A stretch of DNA of 44,737 nt from Alphaproteobacteria bacterium (GTDB lineage: Bacteria > Pseudomonadota > Alphaproteobacteria > Micavibrionales > UBA2020): the NCBI GenBank assembly GCA_027483355.1, contig JAIXUW010000355.1:1-44737 (forward strand), in the 5' to 3' direction. Under the pieces are notes generated by a model. The model worked only from the letters and a program-made list of their open reading frames with translations. It did no database searches and was not told the DNA's origin. Shown here piece by piece: positions 33,267-41,065 of this stretch; the first letter of the stretch is position 1, and each line of letters opens with the position of its first letter. Position numbers and translations under genes: made by a program.

Positions 33267-34018
33267 GCCGCCACCTGCCAGCAACGGACACGATAAGGGC
33301 AGAACTTGCATTCGAAATGATCCTCGTCCGCCGCGATGCGCGGAAGCGCCTCTCCGGCCTCCGTGGCGCGGATCAGATTGACGGCACGGTCGCTGGCATC
33401 TTGCGCGAGGGCAGCATCGAACGGTACAAGCTCGTGATAAATCTCCGCTGTGTCCTTATTCACGGCGGTAAATAATGCGGGAGCGGCGGCAATGCCAGGG
33501 ACGCTACCCTCCATATACGCTTGATAGGTGGCGACCTGCACGGCGTAGACGGGTTTGGATTTTCTGAGACCGTTCTTGACGGTATCGCGCCAGGATTTGG
33601 CGTTAAGCGACTTGCATTCCCAAATGGCGGGGACGCTCATACCAAGATCGGCAGGCGCGGAATCGACGATACCGTCCACATGGCCGCGAATGCGCCCGCC
33701 CGCGACCGAAAAGCCGAAAGCCTCGCCGCTGGGTTTTTGCGTGAAGATGCTAAATCCGGCCTGTCGCAGCCACGAGAGCGCCAGAGTCTCGAAGGCATGG
33801 CCGATTTCAAAGATGCGGAGCGTCCGGCCGGAGAAATCTTCGTCCTTCGGCGTTTTCGTATATTCGTATTGCAGGGCGCGGGCGCAAGACACGCCGAGAC
33901 GGCTTGCCCCCAAATATTCACGCTCCGGCTGAAAGGAGCGCGCCTTCTGCACGGCGACGTCGATATGCGCGTTGATTTGATTCGCGATGATGGGTCTGTG
34001 GTTGAAATCGAGCGTCAA
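33263..34018 (-). CDS. PD-(D/E)XK exonuclease, Cas4/YqaJ-like, with C-terminal Cys cluster
   Basis: GHVDGIV...IWECKS is a D...ExK-type motif. The C-terminal Cys cluster reads CKFCPYRVRC. The proposed TTG start at 34018 overlaps the upstream stop (TTGA), with GGAGA 7 nt upstream. The N-terminal 59 aa of the track ORF are Arg/Pro-rich shadow. Confidence 0.65.
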   Translation of the reverse strand: MTLDFNHRPIIANQINAHIDVAVQKARSFQPEREYLGASRLGVSCARALQYEYTKTPKDEDFSGRTLRIFEIGHAFETLALSWLRQAGFSIFTQKPSGEAFGFSVAGGRIRGHVDGIVDSAPADLGMSVPAIWECKSLNAKSWRDTVKNGLRKSKPVYAVQVATYQAYMEGSVPGIAAAPALFTAVNKDTAEIYHELVPFDAALAQDASDRAVNLIRATEAGEALPRIAADEDHFECKFCPYRVRCWQVAA

Positions 34019-34224
34019 AATGGGATCTCCGTATCTTCCGGTTGGGGCTGGGCTTGCGCGAGGAACGTCAGGTAATTGCTGACGACGACCTCGATCAGCG
34101 TGAGGACTTCGGCACGGCTGTATGCGGAAAGGGGTTTTTGCATCCCGATTTCCGCTACGACCTCTCCGAGCGGCTGAAGTGTCTGCTCCATGCATCGTCT
34201 TTCGATGTCAGTCGCGTCGATCAT
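34015..34224 (-). CDS. Small hypothetical protein (69 aa)
   Basis: It is translationally coupled on both sides (ATGA and TTGA overlaps). Confidence 0.5.
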   Translation of the reverse strand: MIDATDIERRCMEQTLQPLGEVVAEIGMQKPLSAYSRAEVLTLIEVVVSNYLTFLAQAQPQPEDTEIPF

Positions 34225-35882
34225 GATGCGCTCCTTGTACCGTCGATGGCGTTGCGGATGTGGTCACGGTTGAAGCGCATCGTCATCAAAGCCGATGCCT
34301 TATAGCGGGTCAGGCTATAGTCGTTGCGATGGTTGGGCAGATACTGAAGCTGTTTTTCCGTGGCAGGCTGATGCACCCAGGAGCGAGTCTTGTGTGCGGT
34401 CTCGTCCGTCTCATAAAGATTGAGCCAGTCGTCCGCCGCCGCGAAACAGAGGATGCGATCTCCCGCCGCCAGCAATGTAGCCGGACCGTTCTTGCGTCCA
34501 CCCACGGCATGCCATTCGCCGTCCTTGAGAAAGACACCGCCCCAGGCGTTGAACCCCGTGGCGAGGAAGTATTTGTCGTTTCCTTGCAGATCGACCCAAA
34601 GGAAACTGGAGCGTTGCAGCAGGTCGATCTCCGACATGACGAAGCCACCCTCTGCCAATTCTCTCGGGGCGCCTTGCGTCTGCCACTCGTATCCGCAGAG
34701 CGGACATTCCTTGACGGCGGCGGGGACTTCCGCGCCACATTCCGGGCATTCCTTCGTCGGCGCGTCCCCGTTACCCATCTGATCGTCCAGGTTCACGTCC
34801 TGCTCAAGCGAGCCATGCAACAGCGTGGACGTGCCGAAATCGAGGACGACGCAATCTTTTTTATGCACATTCGGATGCTCTGCGGGATCGACGGTGCGAA
34901 GACCGCGCCCGATCATCTGGATCATCGTGGACTTGTAGGAGCTGGGGCGGAGCAAGATCACACAAGATGTCGGTGGATGATCCCATCCTTCCGTCAACAC
35001 AGCCACATTGACGATGACCTGCGCCGCGCCGTCCGTGTATTCCGACAACACGGCCTCGCGTTCCGTGTCCGTCATGTTTCCGTGGACGAAGACGGCAGGG
35101 ATTTCTGCGGCGTTAAAGCTGCGCGCTACGTCCTCGGCATGTTGCACCGTCGAGCAGAACACGACCGTTTTTCGATTTCTGGCTTTCTCGCGCCAGTGCG
35201 AGACCACGGCATCGTTGATGGGGCGTGTGTTCATGATGGCGGAGACGGCCCCCATGTCGAAGTCGCTCGCCGTCTTCTTGACCTGGCGCAATTCGTCCTG
35301 CACACCCACATCCATGACGAAAGTACGCGGTTGAACGAGATGGCCGGAGGCGATCAGCTCCTTGACGGTGATCTGGTCGGAAACGTTGGAGAAAACCGGA
35401 CGCAGACCTTTCTTGTCGCCGCGATTGGGCGTGGCGGTCATGCCAAGAAGCTTCACGTCCTTGTTCGCCGCCTTGACGCGCTCTATCACGCGCATGTAAC
35501 TGTCAGCGCGGGCGTGGTGCGCCTCGTCGATCACGAGAACGTCCATCGGCGGCATGGCCGAAAGGTTGTTTTCCCGCGACAGCGTCTGCACCATGGCGAA
35601 GGTCACGTCCCCGCGCCACGACTTGACGGAGGCATCAAACACCCCTGTCGAGATGTCAGGGTTCACGCGCTTGAACTTGTCCTGGTTTTGGAACGTCAGC
35701 TCGTCGCGGTGCGCGAGGACACAGGCTTTTTCCGATCCACCCCTGAACATCTCTCCGATGATGGCGGAGAGCATGATCGTCTTGCCGGCACCCGTGGGCG
35801 CGACCGCCAGCGTGTTGCCATGCGTCTTGAGCGCGGAGACGGAGCGCGTGACCAGCTCCTTTTGTCTGGGTCTTAAGATCAT
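34221..35882 (-). CDS. SF2 DEAD/DEAH-box helicase with C-terminal zinc ribbon
   Basis: Walker A is AVAPTGAGKT and the DEAH box is VLVIDEAHHA. Motif VI is QMIGRGLR. The zinc ribbon reads CPECGAEV...CPLCG. ATG at 35882 has GAGGTGGA upstream. Confidence 0.85.
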   Translation of the reverse strand: MILRPRQKELVTRSVSALKTHGNTLAVAPTGAGKTIMLSAIIGEMFRGGSEKACVLAHRDELTFQNQDKFKRVNPDISTGVFDASVKSWRGDVTFAMVQTLSRENNLSAMPPMDVLVIDEAHHARADSYMRVIERVKAANKDVKLLGMTATPNRGDKKGLRPVFSNVSDQITVKELIASGHLVQPRTFVMDVGVQDELRQVKKTASDFDMGAVSAIMNTRPINDAVVSHWREKARNRKTVVFCSTVQHAEDVARSFNAAEIPAVFVHGNMTDTEREAVLSEYTDGAAQVIVNVAVLTEGWDHPPTSCVILLRPSSYKSTMIQMIGRGLRTVDPAEHPNVHKKDCVVLDFGTSTLLHGSLEQDVNLDDQMGNGDAPTKECPECGAEVPAAVKECPLCGYEWQTQGAPRELAEGGFVMSEIDLLQRSSFLWVDLQGNDKYFLATGFNAWGGVFLKDGEWHAVGGRKNGPATLLAAGDRILCFAAADDWLNLYETDETAHKTRSWVHQPATEKQLQYLPNHRNDYSLTRYKASALMTMRFNRDHIRNAIDGTRSAS

Positions 35883-35890
35883 GATCCACC

Positions 35891-36460
35891 TCACCGCGCC
35901 CAAGAGGGAAGATTGGCGGCAGTAGCCGCGGGTGTAGAGGTCGGCGCGGGAGGTGTAGCACTGCTGCCAGCCTTATCTGCGCCCTTCTGATCCTTCGTGA
36001 CCGCCGTCTTAATGACGTTCTTGTCGTCGCCGTTCTGATTTTTCTCTACGTCGATGCGGGCGACGAACTCGATGCCGTCGAGGTCGCGTAGGCCGTCGAT
36101 GCGCCGCGCCGCCTGCGCCTGCGGACTTTCGTCCTTGGCGGAAAAACCACGGGCGGAATTGAGGATTCCCTTGACGAAAGAGCGTCCCATGTTGGCGTAG
36201 GTCGGCCCCTTGGGGCTGTGCAGGCCGATCAGGCTCCAGACCTTGCGCCGCGCATATTGTCCTTCGAGGACGACGAACTCGCAGTTGAGATAGATCGCAC
36301 CTGTGTCGCCTTGCGTGGCATAGCCGCCCGTCCAGCCTTGCGCGGGATCGTCATAACCGCCTGGCTTGATGGTCATACGGACACGTGCGATGGTGCCTTT
36401 GGGGATGATATCGAAGGTTTGCTGGTCTTCGGCGTTGCCGAAATCTTTCCATACGGACAT
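35891..36460 (-). CDS. DUF669-like protein (putative ssDNA-binding partner of the Sak4-like ATPase)
   Basis: Its position downstream of the AAA_24-like ATPase fits this call. The second ATG (36460) has AAGGAG at a 7-nt spacing. The C-terminal tail is Pro/Thr/Ala-rich. Confidence 0.55.
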   Translation of the reverse strand: MSVWKDFGNAEDQQTFDIIPKGTIARVRMTIKPGGYDDPAQGWTGGYATQGDTGAIYLNCEFVVLEGQYARRKVWSLIGLHSPKGPTYANMGRSFVKGILNSARGFSAKDESPQAQAARRIDGLRDLDGIEFVARIDVEKNQNGDDKNVIKTAVTKDQKGADKAGSSATPPAPTSTPAATAANLPSWAR

Positions 36461-36462
36461 GG

Positions 36463-37329
36463 TCATTCTCCTTGCGTGTTTTTGGTTTCGGATTGTTGCG
36501 GGCGGGCGTAGGTCAGTCGCTCGGCGGCGGGTTTCGCGGCACCTGCGATCTTCTCCATCAGGCGACCGAGGTGTGGCTCTTCGATCACGCCGAGACGACC
36601 GCTTCGATCCTTGGCGGGAAAGCCGTAGGGATTGAGCGTCTGGCAGACGAAGGCGCGATAGGGCGTTTCGTCATCGGCCTTCAACTCGGCCATGGTGATG
36701 ACCTGATCGACGATCCCAGGCAGCTCCAGCCCCGTCTTCGAGCCTTCGATCTGCGGCTGAAAGAAACGGCGGTTGAAGTCGTCCAGCTTCTCGTCGAGGA
36801 TGCCGACGAACCAGATGTTCTTGCCGCGCGCATGTTGCAGATGCGTGAGCCAGGCGATCATTTCCTGACCGTGCAGGCCGTAGGCCCCGCGCGTGTCGGG
36901 CTTTCCGGTCTTGTCGCTAAAGGCTTGCGGCTGCCCTTTACACCACTGGAAACAAAGCCTTCCCGCCACGGTGATGGAGTCCACGAAGACCGTGTCGTAT
37001 TTGCTGAGCGCGGCAGGGTCGCCGAAGCGCTCCTTGACCGCCTCGAAATGCGCCTGACTATAAGGTTGCTCGTCGCGCAACGCCGGATTGGGGCCGCCGA
37101 TGAACACCGCGAAGTCGCGGCATTCCTGCCAGGTGCGCGGGCGCACCGTGTCGCCCGCCCAGCCTTCTATGGCAAGGTCTCCGGCTTCAAGGTCGAAGAA
37201 CAGCGTTTTTTCAGGCGGAAGCGTCCAAAGCAAGGAGGTCTTGCCGATGCCGGACTTTCCGAAGATGCACCCTTTGACGCCGCGTCTTTCCGCGAGGCGC
37301 TCGTCAGCCGAGATGATGGGGAGAGTCAT
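36463..37329 (-). CDS. Sak4-like / AAA_24 RecA-fold ATPase
   Basis: Walker A is IFGKSGIGKTSL and Walker B-like is TVFVDSI. Confidence 0.7.
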   Translation of the reverse strand: MTLPIISADERLAERRGVKGCIFGKSGIGKTSLLWTLPPEKTLFFDLEAGDLAIEGWAGDTVRPRTWQECRDFAVFIGGPNPALRDEQPYSQAHFEAVKERFGDPAALSKYDTVFVDSITVAGRLCFQWCKGQPQAFSDKTGKPDTRGAYGLHGQEMIAWLTHLQHARGKNIWFVGILDEKLDDFNRRFFQPQIEGSKTGLELPGIVDQVITMAELKADDETPYRAFVCQTLNPYGFPAKDRSGRLGVIEEPHLGRLMEKIAGAAKPAAERLTYARPQQSETKNTQGE

Positions 37330-37616
37330 TTCGCACCCCCGTTCTTCGTCACGGCACAGACGATGTTATCGCACCCCAACGCACCGTTCTTGCGGGCCTG
37401 CTCGTAGAGGCGCTGCAGGCCGTAGAGTTCGTTTCGCAAGGTGTCCATCCTCTTGTTGATGGCCTGCACAGCGAAGGCGATGTCGTCGACCGTGGCGATC
37501 TCGAGAGGCTTGGTCACGTCCCTGGGGTCGTCGCCGCAGGGCGGGAGGTTGATGGTTTCCGGCACGTTGCGCGCCAGATAGTCATCTTTCAGAAGTTTTT
37601 CAATCTTCTTGCTCAT
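37326..37616 (-). CDS. Hypothetical phage protein (96 aa)
   Basis: It overlaps both neighbours. No motif was recognised. Confidence 0.5.
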   Translation of the reverse strand: MSKKIEKLLKDDYLARNVPETINLPPCGDDPRDVTKPLEIATVDDIAFAVQAINKRMDTLRNELYGLQRLYEQARKNGALGCDNIVCAVTKNGGAK

Positions 37617-37789
37617 TATTTGTTTCCTTTCTGCGTTTTGAGTTTGAGAGCGCCGCGCAACCAGCGGGCGATCAGTTCGGCCTTCGCCAAGAGGCGGCGA
37701 AGTTCGGTTTCGTCGAGTTCGAGAAGCTGTCCCACGGGCGTGGTGTAGACGGCGTCGAGGGAGTCGTTGGGGGAGCGGACGTCAGACAT
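37616..37789 (-). CDS. Small hypothetical protein (57 aa)
   Basis: The internal ATG at 37789 is preceded by GAAGGAGG. The upstream part of the 108-aa track ORF is Arg/Pro/Ser-rich shadow overlapping the HTH gene. Confidence 0.45.
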   Translation of the reverse strand: MSDVRSPNDSLDAVYTTPVGQLLELDETELRRLLAKAELIARWLRGALKLKTQKGNK

Positions 37790-38030
37790 GTGCGCCTCCT
37801 TCGGCCTCTGCGGACTCGTCGTCGGACAGCGGAACGCCACCGTCCTTGAGCGTGCCCTCGCGCAGATGCTCGGCCTCGTAGGTCTCGATGTCGGAAAGGC
37901 GGTAAAGAATCCTGCCGCCGATCTTGATGTAGGGAGGGCCATAGGCCATCCATCTCCAGCGCTCCAACGTGCGGGCCGTAAGATCCCACCGCCGTGCGAG
38001 CTGGTGTTGGTTCAGGTGCGTGTCGCTCAT
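37782..38030 (-). CDS. HTH DNA-binding protein (MerR/AlpA-excisionase-like), first gene of the early operon
   Basis: LNQHQLARRWDLTARTLERWRWMAYGPPYIKIGGRILYRLSDIETYE is an HTH_17-like pattern. The SD is AAAGGAGA. Confidence 0.7.
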   Translation of the reverse strand: MSDTHLNQHQLARRWDLTARTLERWRWMAYGPPYIKIGGRILYRLSDIETYEAEHLREGTLKDGGVPLSDDESAEAEGGAHV

Positions 38031-38086
38031 TCTGCATCTCCTTTCGTGTTGTGCGTGTTCGACAAGGGACAGAATGCGAAAATGGA

Positions 38087-38127
38087 GGTGTGGTAATCGG
38101 TGCGCGGACGGTGTGAAAATCGGTGTG
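38087..38127. promoter_or_regulatory. Two 18-nt direct repeats GGTGTGNNAATCGGTGYG upstream of the early operon (operator candidates)
   Basis: 38087-38104 and 38110-38127 are identical at 16 of 18 positions with a 23-nt register. They lie between the upstream terminator and the HTH gene. Confidence 0.4.
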
Positions 38128-38147
38128 AATTGCGGATTTACGCCATG

Positions 38148-38177
38148 AAAAAAGGCCCCTGACGGGTGTCAGGGGCC
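38148..38177 (-). terminator. Rho-independent terminator of the three-gene operon
   Basis: GGCCCCTGAC pairs with GTCAGGGGCC, a 10-bp stem with a 4-nt loop. TTTTTT follows on the minus strand. The structure lies 35 nt after the stop at 38212. Confidence 0.75.
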
Positions 38178-38211
38178 GAATGAGGGGCGTATCGCGCCTA
38201 TGCGCGGGTTA

Positions 38212-39135
38212 TCAGTAGAAGGCGAGCCTGTAGTTGCCTTGGCTATCGAACAGGATCAGCACGTTCCATGCGGGATGGTATTTTCCGCTCTTGCGGAACA
38301 CGCCCTTCGGGTCGTCTTGGCTCGAATGCTTTGCCATGAATTCTGTCTTGTGCAGGGGCTTTCCTGCCGTGTGAAGCTCTTCAATGATCGCCGCCTGCGT
38401 CTTGCTGAAATCATAGTCCACGCCGTTAAAACGAACGGTGCGGTATCCGTCGCTATATCCGTCTGTGGCGGGCGTCACGCCACCGCCAAGTAGGGCTTGC
38501 GTTCGCGCCATGTCGATCTTGAAATAGTCTGTTTGCTCCACGATATCCGGCAGGGAAAGGACGGTCGCGTGTTCCGCCACGCGCACGCAATCATTCGCGG
38601 CGGCGGTAAGGACGATGACCTTCTTGCCCTTATGCACGGATTTTATCTCTTTTAGTAAGACATCGACGATATCGTCGGTACGCAGGTGACGTGCAAAAAA
38701 GACGGGAATGGATGATTTACCGAAGGCTGCGTCCCCGATGCTCCAGACATGGTCGGACATCAATTCGCGGGGCATGACACGCTTAGAAATGCCTAACCCT
38801 TCTGCGATCCAGCGCAGAAGCCAGGGCAGATCGAGGCTGTATTGGCGCAGATCGTCGGGATCGACCGAGACCCACCCGTTTTCGCCCCAATAGCCGCTTT
38901 TCTTGTCGCCCCGGAAGACGATCTCCGCCTCCACCTCGTCGTCGCCCTGCGGTACCGAGATAAATTTAAGGTTCTCGGCGGCAACCAGGCCGTTCTTCTT
39001 CAAGAGCGCCATACCCGTCTTTTCGAACCTTTCCGTCAACAGGCGATGCGAGACGAGCGGTCGCGTCTGACGGCAGATGTCGCAGGCCGCGAGAAAAACA
39101 TCGGTCTGTAGGCGTGATTGCGTGACGGCGGCCAT
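38212..39135 (-). CDS. Unknown-function protein C (307 aa), third gene of the accessory operon
   Basis: The ATG abuts the upstream TAA (TAAATG), with AAGGAAGAA upstream. No family was recognised. The only motif-like string is GDAAFGKS (aa 134-141), which is Walker-A-like but lacks a convincing Walker B. Confidence 0.6.
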   Translation of the reverse strand: MAAVTQSRLQTDVFLAACDICRQTRPLVSHRLLTERFEKTGMALLKKNGLVAAENLKFISVPQGDDEVEAEIVFRGDKKSGYWGENGWVSVDPDDLRQYSLDLPWLLRWIAEGLGISKRVMPRELMSDHVWSIGDAAFGKSSIPVFFARHLRTDDIVDVLLKEIKSVHKGKKVIVLTAAANDCVRVAEHATVLSLPDIVEQTDYFKIDMARTQALLGGGVTPATDGYSDGYRTVRFNGVDYDFSKTQAAIIEELHTAGKPLHKTEFMAKHSSQDDPKGVFRKSGKYHPAWNVLILFDSQGNYRLAFY

Positions 39136-40305
39136 TTATTCTTCCTTGATCAGCTTCCACCGTGCCAGATATTTATCGCCGATCAAGCGTTCCTTCTCGG
39201 TGCGGCTCTTGAGGTCGCAACGATTGGGCATCGTGATCTTGACGGGCAGAGACTTCCCGCGCTTTTCGCCTTCGGTCGGATAGAATTTTACAACGATCTT
39301 GGCCTGCGTCAGGAAAAACCCGCCCTTGAGCGGATCGTTCTGCTGGAACCAGTCGTTTACGCGACCGTAGATGGAGCCTGAATATTTTGAGAGGTAGTCG
39401 AAGGTGACCCGGCCTTCGCCGTCCATCGGCTTCAACGTCAGCGATACGACCGTGACGGATTCGATCCCGTCTTCGGGATCGGTCGGAAACGTGCGCGGCG
39501 CAATGAGGGTGGAGATGTCGTATTTCTTCAAGGGAAGGCGCACAACGTCGATCTTCGTGCCGAGCAGGGTTTCGCTGAAAAGACGGGCGACCGTCTCCCG
39601 CTGTTCCTTGCTCTGCGCGATCACCTCGATCTCGCCCGTGCCAGATTCGTAGCAGATGACGATCTCATATACGGGACGGCGGATTTTAACGACGATCTCG
39701 TCCTTCTCCAGTGCTTTGTAGCTGTCGGGAAGCCCTTCCTTGTAAACGACGATCTGATTGATGGTCGTGACAACGCCGTCCTCGTCTTCGTTCTCGCGGC
39801 TGTATGCCTCGATCTTCATCTTCGTATCCTGGCCGAAAACTTCTGCGGCAAGGCGCGTACGGAACGCTTCGAGGTCGAGATCGGCATCGGAAACGGTCTT
39901 ATCCTTGGGGCCGACGAAGCCGTCCCACATGCGCCCGAGGCGGTTGTGGTTGGCGTAGCGCGTCTCTTCGGCGTGGCGGAAGGATTCGTTATCGCTATTG
40001 AAGACCCACATCGCACGGTCGTGGGCGTTCGCCAGGGTGTTGAACACGCTTGTATCGGTCAGGACGGACAGAAGAGCCGTCTGGCCTTCCTCGTCGGTCA
40101 TTTCATTGATGCGCTCGGCATTGTGACGCAACAGCTCGTATTCGTCACGATCCATGTCATCCACGGCTTGAAGCAGGGGTTTGACGTGATCGTCTTGCTC
40201 CTGAGGCCATGCGAATTTTTCCGCGAGGATCGGAGCGTTGCTGTTGATGTAGGACGCCATTGCGGCGCGGGGCGTGTGGCGGATAAAATTCGCGATGGCG
40301 TTCAT
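39136..40305 (-). CDS. Unknown-function protein B (389 aa), second gene of the accessory operon
   Basis: It has a clean ATG with AAAGGAAAT upstream. The N-terminal half is acidic and helical, and the C-terminal half is beta-rich. I see no TM segment and no recognisable catalytic motif. Confidence 0.6.
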   Translation of the reverse strand: MNAIANFIRHTPRAAMASYINSNAPILAEKFAWPQEQDDHVKPLLQAVDDMDRDEYELLRHNAERINEMTDEEGQTALLSVLTDTSVFNTLANAHDRAMWVFNSDNESFRHAEETRYANHNRLGRMWDGFVGPKDKTVSDADLDLEAFRTRLAAEVFGQDTKMKIEAYSRENEDEDGVVTTINQIVVYKEGLPDSYKALEKDEIVVKIRRPVYEIVICYESGTGEIEVIAQSKEQRETVARLFSETLLGTKIDVVRLPLKKYDISTLIAPRTFPTDPEDGIESVTVVSLTLKPMDGEGRVTFDYLSKYSGSIYGRVNDWFQQNDPLKGGFFLTQAKIVVKFYPTEGEKRGKSLPVKITMPNRCDLKSRTEKERLIGDKYLARWKLIKEE

Positions 40306-40327
40306 TTATATTTCCTTTTGTTGAAAA

Positions 40328-40603
40328 TTACTTGTTCAAATTTTCTTTCAGCCAAGAGCCAGTCTCGTCGCTGAGGCCGGACCATGCCGCTTCTCCGTTC
40401 AATCTGCCGACGAACAACTCATCGTTATTATCGATATACTGCTTGAGATTGTTACGGATGCTTTCGGAATTGCTGGATGAAACGATTATGTATGTGGTCG
40501 TGGCGATCTTCGCCCAGGTGCCGTATGCTTTGATTGCCTTCTCCAGCGATTCGTAGTTCTGCCCGGTCTTATTCAGATCGTAGGTAATGATGTAAGAGGC
40601 CAC
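40328..40603 (-). CDS. Unknown-function small protein A (~91 aa), first gene of the accessory operon; ferredoxin-like/Cas2-like pattern by eye
   Basis: The track start at 40612 is a GTG overlapping the SD. GTG at 40603 lies 8 nt after AAGGAG. The sequence is ASYIITYDL...YESLEKAIKAYG...TYIIVSSSNSESIRNNLKQYI...ELFVGRL. GC is lower than in its neighbours. Confidence 0.55.
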   Translation of the reverse strand: MASYIITYDLNKTGQNYESLEKAIKAYGTWAKIATTTYIIVSSSNSESIRNNLKQYIDNNDELFVGRLNGEAAWSGLSDETGSWLKENLNK

Positions 40604-40738
40604 TTGCCACACTCCTTTTGTTTCGTTATAACGTGTATCGCTAGGTAGAACTTTACGCTATCGTCGGCGTTTTCGGTTGTCAAGTACGATTTGTAACGCT
40701 ATACCGAACATACGATAGCATGACGAGAACGGAGAATT

Positions 40739-41065
40739 ATGGTGAGCGCAACTCTTGGGCACAAAATAAACCAATTACGTAAAGAAAAAAGCATGACCCT
40801 GGAACAACTCGCGGAAAAGACCGAGTCCAGCAAAGGGTATATCTGGGAGCTAGAGAACCGCGAGACCAAGCGCCCCTCGGCGGAAAAATTGCAAAAAATT
40901 GCAGAGGCGCTCGGCGTGACGACCGTGTTCCTGCTCGATGAGGACCAAGCTCGTCCCGATGACGAGGTCTTGAAGCAAGCGTTGTTCCGCAAGCTCGGCA
41001 AATTGCCTGAAGACGATCAAAAAAGAATTATGAAGATCATTGAATCCTGGGGTGACGAAACGTGA
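40739..41065 (+). CDS. XRE-family HTH transcriptional regulator (ImmR / CapH-like)
   Basis: LGHKINQLRKEKSMTLEQLAEKTESSKGYIWELENRETKRPSAEKLQKIAEALGV is an HTH_3 pattern. The SD is GGAGA. It is divergent from the three-gene operon. Confidence 0.85.
   Translation: MVSATLGHKINQLRKEKSMTLEQLAEKTESSKGYIWELENRETKRPSAEKLQKIAEALGVTTVFLLDEDQARPDDEVLKQALFRKLGKLPEDDQKRIMKIIESWGDET

Noticed and set aside
33263-34195. Full 310-aa version of the nuclease ORF
   Set aside because: The first ~59 codons are Arg/Pro/Gly-rich and overlap the separately coupled 69-aa ORF. A TTG start at 34018 with GGAGA upstream fits better.
34260-35876. 538-aa plus-strand ORF
   Set aside because: It is antisense to the well-supported SF2 helicase gene. 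It is Arg/His/Gly/Val-rich with no motifs and no SD. This is a typical shadow ORF of GC-rich coding DNA.
36472-37407. 311-aa plus-strand ORF
   Set aside because: It is antisense to the Sak4-like ATPase gene, so it is a shadow ORF.
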